A stretch of DNA of 64,000 nt, taken from assembly GCA_002418835.1 (NCBI GenBank), contig DIEX01000011.1, forward strand, positions 40,435 through 104,434, given 5' to 3'. Positions within the stretch are counted from its first letter, which is position 1, and each line of letters starts with the position of its first letter. Both the position numbers and the translations under genes were made by a program. The notes below the pieces were generated by a model. That model was not told where the DNA came from. It saw only the letters and a list, made by a program, of their open reading frames with translations, and did no database searches. The stretch is from Spirochaetia bacterium UBA5763 (GTDB lineage Bacteria > Spirochaetota > UBA4802 > UBA5550). Positions 49,245 to 57,196 of the stretch are shown here, piece after piece.

Positions 49245-49703
49245 TTATTCCATTCCGCCGAAAAATTTCGTTACTGATTTTATCCGGTTACCGTAGATCA
49301 TTGAGAAATAGGTATCCCTCAATTTTGTTGTCCCTCCTCCGGTGATGCTGTATTCAAGATAGAGGGAATATAACTGGTTATCGGATGAATCCTTCATCAC
49401 TATAAAAAATACAGCGTTTCCTGAATCCTTCAAAAACCTGATCTTCTCAAGCTCAAGGTTACTCCTCCTGCTGTCATAAAGAAAAAAAGCGAACCTGTCG
49501 ATAAGGCGCGAACCGGTATTTCCGTCTCTGACCATTAAACCGAGGCACTTTCTTATCTCATCCTCTCTGCCGGGATTATCCATTATTATCCTGGCCATAA
49601 ATGCACTCCTTAGCCCGGCTAGTTCACCCTCGCCGATATCAGCTGAAACTATAGTATTCATAAAGAGGATTATGATAAAAAAAGAAGGTAGTATATGCTT
49701 CAC
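49245..49703 (-). CDS. Hypothetical secreted protein
   Basis: 152 aa with a signal peptide and no recognisable motif. Confidence 0.4.
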   Translation of the reverse strand: MKHILPSFFIIILFMNTIVSADIGEGELAGLRSAFMARIIMDNPGREDEIRKCLGLMVRDGNTGSRLIDRFAFFLYDSRRSNLELEKIRFLKDSGNAVFFIVMKDSSDNQLYSLYLEYSITGGGTTKLRDTYFSMIYGNRIKSVTKFFGGME

Positions 49704-49795
49704 CCTGTCCCCCGTAAAATATGTCGCTTAACTTTATAAAGAGAAATCCCGATAAATTATAAGAGTTCAAATTATCTGTTGGCAAGATTTTTTTA

Positions 49796-52162
49796 ATGAA
49801 AACAAAAAATATAATAATATATACTCTCCTCGCTCTGCTGGTGCTGATGCCATTTGCCTATACAGTATATGCCTACTCAGCAGGTTACAAAGCTTTCAGT
49901 GAATCGAGAGATCTTAACCAGCCCCTCCCGACAAAACTTTATGACCGCAACGGTGAACTGATTTCAGAACTTTACGATGAATACAGAGAGTATGTGAAAT
50001 TTTCTGACATCCCGGAAACATTGATTAAAAGCTTTCTTGCGGCTGAGGACAGTTCATTTTTCATGCATACAGGCTTTGATGTTGCAGGGATACTCCGCGC
50101 TATTATTATTGACATAGCCAGCGGCGAGATGAAACAGGGCGGCTCAACAATTACTCAGCAGCTTGTGAAGCAAATATATACGGGGAGAGAAAAGAGCATC
50201 AAAAGAAAGCTCGTTGAACTCTTCATCGCTCGTGAATTCGAAAAAAGATACACAAAAAACGAAATCCTTGAGATGTACCTTAACCAGATATATATGGGAC
50301 ACGGAGTTTACGGCATAGCAGCTGCATCTGATTTCTATTTCGGAAAGAGGCTGACTGAGCTTAACGCGGCAGAAGCCACTCTCCTTGCGGGGATACCCTC
50401 AGCTCCAGACAGATTCTCACCTCTTAAAAATCCTCAGAACTCTCATGATCGGACTCAGGCGATAATCTTCAACCTCATAGCCTCGGGATATATCAGCAGA
50501 GCTGACGCTGCCGCACAATTTAACGCGATGTGGGAAACTCTCTCCGGAAAATTAAAGACAGAGTTTCCTGAAGCTGGAATCCGTCGTGAAAGCAGGGACA
50601 GGGCGCCATGGCTCACGGAATATGTCAGGCGTGAGCTTATATCAAGATATGGCGAGGCAGCTGTTTACAGGGGGGGGATGAAGGTTATGACAACAATAGA
50701 TCTGTCGTACCAGGGAATATCCGACTCGCTCATCACTTCATCACTGGAAGCGCAGAACAGGATCTCGGCCGGTTACAACCGATCAAGACTATGGAAACTG
50801 GAGGCGCAGATTGCAGCAAAGGCCCTCCCTCCGGAGAAAAAAAAATCTTTTGAAAGCGAAGCAATGAAAACCGTTGTGCATTTCAACAGGGAATTTATAA
50901 AATCAGTTTCTGATGAACTTGAAATTCTTTCACTCATATCAGATCTTCCTGCGATTGAAAAACAGCTATCAGTACATATTGAATATTACGATAAACTGAT
51001 GTCACGGTCAAGAGCCGAAGGCGCACTTGTGGCGATTGATCCCCGCACAGGGGAGATCCTTGCCATCACCGGGGGGAGCGAATTCAACCCGGTTAATCAG
51101 CTCAACCGCGCGGCGCAGAGCAGAAGGCAGCCCGGCTCCGCATTCAAGGCTTTTGTTTATGGCGCAGGCATTGAATCAGGGGCTATAAACGCCGCGACTC
51201 CGATTCAGGACTCCCCTGTTTTTTATGGAGGAGGGAGCAAGGCATGGTCTCCGTCTAATTATGACAAAGACTACTCCGGACGTGTGCTTGTCAGGAAAGC
51301 CCTTGCTCTTTCACTTAATATAGTATCAGCAAAGGTATATGACCTCACCGGTGGAGAGAAGATTGCTGACTTCGCATCGCGAATGACAGCGGTACAGAAG
51401 GATAGGTTCCAGGTTGACCCTACACTCTCTCTCGGTACAAGCGAATTTACACCTCTTGAAATCGCTTCTGGCTTCGGCGCCTTCGCCAACAAAGGTATTC
51501 TCATTCCGCCCCATGCCATAAAAAGAATTGAGGACAGGCACGGCCTGGAGATATACAATGCCGGCACTATAAAACCTCTTAAAGCTACTGACGAAAATAC
51601 TGCTTTTATCATGACAGACATGATGAGAGATGTAATAGAATCGGGAACCGCTTCTTACGCAGTAAAAAAAGCCGCAGGGTTCAGGCTGCCCTGCGCAGGT
51701 AAAACAGGGACAAACACAGGTTTCCGGGATGCATGGTTTATCGGATATACTCCGGATCTTGCGGCTGCTGTGTGGGTGGGGTGCGATTCCCCTGAATATT
51801 CTCTCGGTTCAGGACAGAGCGGTTCAGCTTCAGCAGCGCCGGTATGGGGAAGATTCATGACAGAGGTCTATAAAACCCGGAAGAAAACATCTTTCCATGA
51901 TAAACCCTCCGGTGTTGTTATAAGAAATGTATGTTCTGTTACCGGCGCAATTCCGGATAAAGGATGCCCGGCAAGGAAAGAATTCTTTATTTCAGGATAT
52001 GAGCCTGCGGAAAAATGCGACGGCCTCCATGGAAGGCTTTCTAACATTAAGGAACTTGTCAATAAAGGCAAAAATAAGATGTCGCCTGAAAGCGGAACAA
52101 CACTGTTCAGTGAAGAAGCACCTGAAGAAAAATTAGAAGAGGAGAATATCTTTTTCGACTGA
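49796..52162 (+). CDS. mrcA: Penicillin-binding protein 1A (bifunctional glycosyltransferase/transpeptidase)
   Basis: 788 aa. GT51 motifs (EDSSFFMHTGFD, GGSTITQQLVK) and transpeptidase motifs (SAFK, SLN, KTGT). Confidence 0.9.
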   Translation: MKTKNIIIYTLLALLVLMPFAYTVYAYSAGYKAFSESRDLNQPLPTKLYDRNGELISELYDEYREYVKFSDIPETLIKSFLAAEDSSFFMHTGFDVAGILRAIIIDIASGEMKQGGSTITQQLVKQIYTGREKSIKRKLVELFIAREFEKRYTKNEILEMYLNQIYMGHGVYGIAAASDFYFGKRLTELNAAEATLLAGIPSAPDRFSPLKNPQNSHDRTQAIIFNLIASGYISRADAAAQFNAMWETLSGKLKTEFPEAGIRRESRDRAPWLTEYVRRELISRYGEAAVYRGGMKVMTTIDLSYQGISDSLITSSLEAQNRISAGYNRSRLWKLEAQIAAKALPPEKKKSFESEAMKTVVHFNREFIKSVSDELEILSLISDLPAIEKQLSVHIEYYDKLMSRSRAEGALVAIDPRTGEILAITGGSEFNPVNQLNRAAQSRRQPGSAFKAFVYGAGIESGAINAATPIQDSPVFYGGGSKAWSPSNYDKDYSGRVLVRKALALSLNIVSAKVYDLTGGEKIADFASRMTAVQKDRFQVDPTLSLGTSEFTPLEIASGFGAFANKGILIPPHAIKRIEDRHGLEIYNAGTIKPLKATDENTAFIMTDMMRDVIESGTASYAVKKAAGFRLPCAGKTGTNTGFRDAWFIGYTPDLAAAVWVGCDSPEYSLGSGQSGSASAAPVWGRFMTEVYKTRKKTSFHDKPSGVVIRNVCSVTGAIPDKGCPARKEFFISGYEPAEKCDGLHGRLSNIKELVNKGKNKMSPESGTTLFSEEAPEEKLEEENIFFD

Positions 52163-52223
52163 TAATATATTAAATTATCAAAAAGAGCCATAAAACACTA
52201 ATTAGAATAATAAGGATATTTAC

Positions 52224-53708
52224 ATGCAGGTATTCTGTTCAAATTGCAATACGGCCCATGAAGTGACACAGGATCAGGCAGGAGATAAAGAGCGATCTGT
52301 TATCCACTGCAGGCGGTGCGATAAAAATATCAAACTTCAGTTCTGCCCCCACTGCGGCTCATTCTACTCTATAACTTTCGCCAACATTAAAAACGGAAGG
52401 TACAGATACAGATGCCGTAAATGCATGAAAGACTTTGCCATAGAGTTTACCGGGGCGAAACCGGATATCCATGTGCTCACAAGGACTACGCATGAGGGAT
52501 CATCGCAGGTAATCAATACGGAACAATCGGCCGGGTTATCCAGGACTGTTCAGTCACCACTCCGGGTTGAAACTTCACAGACAATACAGGCACCGGCAAA
52601 TGTCGTTCATGAAGAACAGGCAGAGAAGTCTCAGGCCGTTTCTGCTGAAAAAATTGATGTGGCAAGTTTTATCAGCAACAGCATCAACTCATTCAGCATC
52701 AATGAGCTCTTTGCAGCTGCTGCAGGAGCATTCTCGTTTAACAGGCTTCTTGTTGCATCCGGTGGTGTTGTAATGATGCTTCTCCTCATGGCAATTTTTA
52801 ACAAAGTTGAGACTTTGTGGTTCAGCGGAGGAACCGCTTTATATCCTTTTGTCGGTTCAATTATTGCACTACTCCCTCTTGCCATAATCTTTTCATTATA
52901 TACCGCGACTGCGGCAATAATTTCACGCATAACACTTGATATAATCTTTCACAACAAATCTCCGGAATGGGATGATATTATAAGGTTTTCATTCAAAACA
53001 GCCCCTGCGGTTTTTATGGGAAATATTGCAGTGCTTCTTGCAGTCAGCGCTCTCCTTGTTCTTTTCGGCAGAATACCGCTGCTTGGGCCGATTATCTTTT
53101 CACTGATATTCCTCCCCGTCTATATCGCGGGAATTATAATCACACTGTTATGCGTAATCGGAATCTGGTTCTATCCGCCAATATCAGCACACAGGGAAGG
53201 GGGGATTTTCGGAAACATGAAAAACCTTATGCTTTTCATTAAGAAGCATAATCTGGCCATGCTATATATGATACCGGTAATCATACTTGTTTCAATAATC
53301 ACTCTAACTGCAATATTTCTTATACATACAGCAGCATTCTCTTTTACAATTTCACTTTCTCAATGGCTCCTGGGTAATGACGCCGGAGGTGTATTCGCAT
53401 CAATTCCAGCGTCCTTTATAAAAGCATCAGAATCAACAATCAGCGGACTCGGGAACGGACTCTTCAGGCAGCTCTCTATCAATCTCGGCATGACCCATCA
53501 TGTCAGCGGATTTATACTGGGAGCAATCATGATGTTCATAACGACACTGCTTCTCTCGATAGCTGTATCAGTAACCGCGACAGTCTCATCTCATATCTAT
53601 ATAGTAATGGAGAGGGGCCTTACAATTGACGACAAAAAGAAAGGTGCAGTTTTCCTGATTCTGACATTAATGCTGTCAGTTATGCTGCTGCTGAAAAAGC
53701 TTATATAA
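52224..53708 (+). CDS. Zinc-ribbon (MJ0042-like CxxC x4) N-terminal domain fused to a polytopic membrane domain; hypothetical
   Basis: CSNC..CRRC..CPHC..CRKC in the first 75 aa, a low-complexity linker, then ~8 TM helices. Confidence 0.5.
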   Translation: MQVFCSNCNTAHEVTQDQAGDKERSVIHCRRCDKNIKLQFCPHCGSFYSITFANIKNGRYRYRCRKCMKDFAIEFTGAKPDIHVLTRTTHEGSSQVINTEQSAGLSRTVQSPLRVETSQTIQAPANVVHEEQAEKSQAVSAEKIDVASFISNSINSFSINELFAAAAGAFSFNRLLVASGGVVMMLLLMAIFNKVETLWFSGGTALYPFVGSIIALLPLAIIFSLYTATAAIISRITLDIIFHNKSPEWDDIIRFSFKTAPAVFMGNIAVLLAVSALLVLFGRIPLLGPIIFSLIFLPVYIAGIIITLLCVIGIWFYPPISAHREGGIFGNMKNLMLFIKKHNLAMLYMIPVIILVSIITLTAIFLIHTAAFSFTISLSQWLLGNDAGGVFASIPASFIKASESTISGLGNGLFRQLSINLGMTHHVSGFILGAIMMFITTLLLSIAVSVTATVSSHIYIVMERGLTIDDKKKGAVFLILTLMLSVMLLLKKLI

Positions 53709-53720
53709 GCCGGCAGCAGC

Positions 53721-54056
53721 TTAACCCTTTACAAGCACATTGAAAAGCTTTACATCAGTTACTGCTTCTACTCCGTAGCTGATACCCGATTCAAGTGCCG
53801 TCATCTCCCCCTGCCTCAGAATAATCTCTTCATCTTCTCCGTATAGAATTTTAACTATACCTTCAATAACGAAGAAGAGAGTTTCCATTATGTAGTACTC
53901 CTTATCAATACTTTCACCTTCAGCAAAAGAGAAAAAACGTATCTCTGTGTTTTCACTATCAATAAGTGCTTTACTGGCAATTTTGTTTCCAGTGTGCTTT
54001 ACTATGTCAGCCATAACAACAGGCTCATAGGGCCTGATATTTTTCAGATATCTCAT
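53721..54056 (-). CDS. Cupin-domain protein
   Basis: 111 aa small beta-barrel (cupin_2-like) with G..H..E-type motifs. Confidence 0.55.
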   Translation of the reverse strand: MRYLKNIRPYEPVVMADIVKHTGNKIASKALIDSENTEIRFFSFAEGESIDKEYYIMETLFFVIEGIVKILYGEDEEIILRQGEMTALESGISYGVEAVTDVKLFNVLVKG

Positions 54057-54058
54057 CT

Positions 54059-54397
54059 CTATTCCTCTTTCACAACAATAAGAAGCATCTTCATATCCTC
54101 TTTTGCTGTAACCTGATGCGGAATATTTGCAGGCATAACCACTATCTGCCCTTTTGATGCTTCCATTACCATGTCTCCAACCTTAACTGTTGCAATCCCC
54201 TGATGTATATATATGAGGGCGTCACCTTTTGCCGAGTGTGGCCCTACACCTTCACCTTTACCAAAGGCAAGCGCAGTAAGGCCGACACCTTTCTTCTGTG
54301 TCATAGTCACAGTTTCGATCTGCCCTTCCTGACAGTTTACAAGGCTGTCAAAATCAATAACTTTTCCCTTTGCGATATTTTTAATTAATTCCTGCAT
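54059..54397 (-). CDS. Cupin-domain protein
   Basis: 112 aa with a [26 protein letters not shown] cupin_2 motif. Tandem with the previous cupin, 2 nt apart. Confidence 0.6.
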   Translation of the reverse strand: MQELIKNIAKGKVIDFDSLVNCQEGQIETVTMTQKKGVGLTALAFGKGEGVGPHSAKGDALIYIHQGIATVKVGDMVMEASKGQIVVMPANIPHQVTAKEDMKMLLIVVKEE

Positions 54398-54560
54398 TGA
54401 GAATTCTCCTTTAGTTTAATAAGTTCAATATATCACATTAATTACCAATTAAAAATGACCTGGATCAATCTGCTCAATTTTTATTTTTTTTATTAACATG
54501 GGAACCTTTTTCACTTTTTACAGGTCTAACTCACATATAAGAAAATGGAGGAAATAACAA

Positions 54561-55193
54561 ATGAAACGTATAATGCTCACACTGCTGGCTCTTGCTATTC
54601 TGGCTGGAACCGGCTCATCGCTCTTTGCAAGGGGTATGGGGAATGGCGGAAACTCATGCTACGGCATGGGTATGAACGGCGGCCCCGGATATCACGGCTG
54701 GATGTTTGATGACCTGAAGCTCACAGAGGAACAGGAACTCAAAATCCATAAAATCAACAAAGAGTACGCAGACAAATTTTTTGAAGCCAGAAAGGATCGT
54801 GACACTCATTACAAGGTAATGGAGAGTCACAAAAAAGAGATCGAAAAAGTTCTGACAAAAGAACAGCTCGAAAAAGTAAAGGATTTTAAAGGCCCCCGTC
54901 AGGGGAAAGGAAAAGGTATGCGTCAGGGAAAAGGTGACGGCAAACCCGGCATGATGCATAACTACCTTGGCATTACAGATGAGCAGGCTGAAAAAATTCA
55001 TAAGCTCAACATGGATTTCCATGATAAAATGTTCAAAAGCAGAAGTAATGAGAAAGAAATGGAAAAACTTCGTGAAAACCATTTAAAAGAATTTAAAAAA
55101 GTTCTTACGAAAGAACAGCTCGAAAAATTTAACGGTTTTCAAAAACATCACAGAGGCATGGGTTTCGGGCCTGGATTCGGAGGGATGTGGTAA
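54561..55193 (+). CDS. Periplasmic LTXXQ-motif protein (CpxP/Spy/ZraP family) with an internal tandem duplication
   Basis: Signal peptide. Four LTxEQ motifs (LTEEQELKIHKIN, LTKEQLEKVKDF, ITDEQAEKIHKLN, LTKEQLEKFNGF). Gly/Met-rich ends. Confidence 0.6.
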   Translation: MKRIMLTLLALAILAGTGSSLFARGMGNGGNSCYGMGMNGGPGYHGWMFDDLKLTEEQELKIHKINKEYADKFFEARKDRDTHYKVMESHKKEIEKVLTKEQLEKVKDFKGPRQGKGKGMRQGKGDGKPGMMHNYLGITDEQAEKIHKLNMDFHDKMFKSRSNEKEMEKLRENHLKEFKKVLTKEQLEKFNGFQKHHRGMGFGPGFGGMW

Positions 55194-55257
55194 TCAACGG
55201 TTCTATTGGCGGCTCTTTTGCCGCCGGTAACCTTTATTTTATTGAGAGAGAATAATT

Positions 55258-55548
55258 ATGAAATATATCACAGCAATTATAATGATAACGGTACCCGCGG
55301 TATCAGCATTAGCCGGACCATATTACTGTTATACACCCTTTTATAACAGAGGAGGTGGAATTATGTGGTTAATTACAATTGCCCTTTTCGGATTCATTAT
55401 ATATCTTCTTTATAAGAACATCGCGAGAGCGGGGCGGAATAATTGTGATGATTCCCCTGATGTCATGAGTATTCTTAACAGACGGCTTGCAAAAGGGGAA
55501 ATATCTGAAGATGATTACGAAAGACTGAAGAGCAGAATTTCAGGTTAG
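55258..55548 (+). CDS. Small membrane protein with a C-terminal SHOCT domain
   Basis: 96 aa with two TM helices. C-terminus ILNRRLAKGEISEDDYERLKSRISG matches the SHOCT consensus. Confidence 0.55.
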   Translation: MKYITAIIMITVPAVSALAGPYYCYTPFYNRGGGIMWLITIALFGFIIYLLYKNIARAGRNNCDDSPDVMSILNRRLAKGEISEDDYERLKSRISG

Positions 55549-55563
55549 ATGGAGACCGGTGTT

Positions 55564-56112
55564 ATGAACAGCAGGATAATTATAATAATACTTTCAGTGA
55601 TAATAGCAGTACTTGTCACTGTAAACATAATGATGTTCAGAGATCACAGGGAACCGCAATTCATGCCCGGTCCCGGGGGCGGGCCGGAGTTTCTGGATGA
55701 GGGCCCCGGAATGAAAGGGAGACACCCCATGCCGGGAAACAGATACGGCAGAAATTTCTGCGGACCTGACTTCATGAGAGAAAAACTTAATCTAAGTGCT
55801 CAGCAGATTTCAACGATTGAAGAGCTCAACAGAAAGTTCGGAGAAGAAAATAAAATTTTATTCCGCGCCATGGAACCGGAGAAAGAAAGACTCAGAAGCA
55901 TTCTGCAGAAAAACGATAAACCTGATATAACAGAGGTGAAAAAGTCTCTTGAAAAAATGGCATCACTGAATGTCGAATTACAGATACTGAGAATAAAACA
56001 GGGGAGCGAAATAGACTCAATACTCTCGGCGGAGCAGAAAAAAATTCTTAAAAGCGAGAGAAACAGGTTCTTTGAAAAAATGCAGAGAGGGCGTGGCGGC
56101 AGAAATGAATGA
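55564..56112 (+). CDS. Membrane-anchored periplasmic Spy/CpxP-like helical protein
   Basis: N-terminal TM helix. Helical region (LNLSAQQISTIEELNRKF...LSAEQKKILKSERNRF) resembling LTXXQ chaperones. Start at MNSRIII (GGAG RBS). Confidence 0.45.
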   Translation: MNSRIIIIILSVIIAVLVTVNIMMFRDHREPQFMPGPGGGPEFLDEGPGMKGRHPMPGNRYGRNFCGPDFMREKLNLSAQQISTIEELNRKFGEENKILFRAMEPEKERLRSILQKNDKPDITEVKKSLEKMASLNVELQILRIKQGSEIDSILSAEQKKILKSERNRFFEKMQRGRGGRNE

Positions 56113-56608
56113 GCGTGAATTCGCTGATATAGTGGGGAGAACAAAAAAAGCAGTCCTCTCTGCCGTAGAAAAAAATCTTGCTTCCCGATTCTATCACTCC
56201 ATAGACGATGTTGTGCAGGAGACCTATATCCGGGCATACAGCAGCCTAACAAAAGGCAAATTCCGGGGTCAATCTTCAATCAATACATGGCTCTACAGTA
56301 TTGCACGGAACGAATCCCTGCGTATGAACGAAAAACTTTTACGGGAGGAGCGGAAGGAGAAGAAGCTGATCGATGCTGATGATTTAACTGTAAATTACGA
56401 AGACGACAGCATCGCACTTCTGCAGGAGAATATACTGAAACTTCCCGAAAAGTACGGGGCAGTGTTATCGCTGGTTTCACTTGGATACAGCCTTAACCAG
56501 ATTTCCGAAAAGCTCGGGTTAAATACAGGTACTGTAAAGTCAAGAATATCAAGGGGTAAAAAAATTTTACACGATAATATGAAAGGGGGGAAAGATGCAG
56601 GACTATAA
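56105..56608 (+). CDS. ECF-type RNA polymerase sigma factor
   Basis: Region 2 (DDVVQETYIRAY...INTWLYSIARNE) and region 4 HTH (LSLVSLGYSLNQISEKLGLNTGTVKSRISRG). Start at MNEREF. Confidence 0.8.
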   Translation: MNEREFADIVGRTKKAVLSAVEKNLASRFYHSIDDVVQETYIRAYSSLTKGKFRGQSSINTWLYSIARNESLRMNEKLLREERKEKKLIDADDLTVNYEDDSIALLQENILKLPEKYGAVLSLVSLGYSLNQISEKLGLNTGTVKSRISRGKKILHDNMKGGKDAGL

Positions 56609-56915
56609 AACAAAAATGGATGAAGAGATCAGTCTCAGGCTGGAGAGCGATTCATGGAATCTCTCAATAGCCGGCAGGGTATTGTCTGAAAAGAATGCCC
56701 GTAAAGAGAAGACTATATTCAGAAGCTATATAACTTCTCTCGCTGCGGCATCGGTTTTCCTTGTGCTTTTTATTTTCAATGTCTACAGCTATTTCAGCAC
56801 AGGCACAGATGCATCTTCATATAATTCGTATCTTTACAGCTACAGCAGCGATTCGGACTCAATAAATACCGAGGAGACAGATCTTATAATAAATGAGGCG
56901 TTTCCTATGAGATAG
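56595..56915 (+). CDS. Putative single-pass anti-sigma factor
   Basis: 106 aa with one TM helix. 14 nt overlap with the sigma gene (translational coupling). No diagnostic motif. Confidence 0.45.
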   Translation: MQDYKTKMDEEISLRLESDSWNLSIAGRVLSEKNARKEKTIFRSYITSLAAASVFLVLFIFNVYSYFSTGTDASSYNSYLYSYSSDSDSINTEETDLIINEAFPMR

Positions 56916-57196
56916 CGCGTTCAAGGGTTCTGCATGAATCGCATGATTCTGAGCCCTGAAAGCCGCTTAAATTTATGTAGGTTCTGAGAGAAAACTCCTC
57001 CCTTTTCCCGATATTCCACTGGTTAACCGGCCTGAAATAACCTGAAACTCTTGAAAAAACTTCAGCAGGAACAACAATCTTTTTATTCATATTACCCCCT
57101 GTCAGATTACTCCGGATTATGGCTAATGAGACATAATATGTCAAGGATTAATAACATTAATAGAGCTGAAAAATTGATTAATTCCGGTATACTTAT

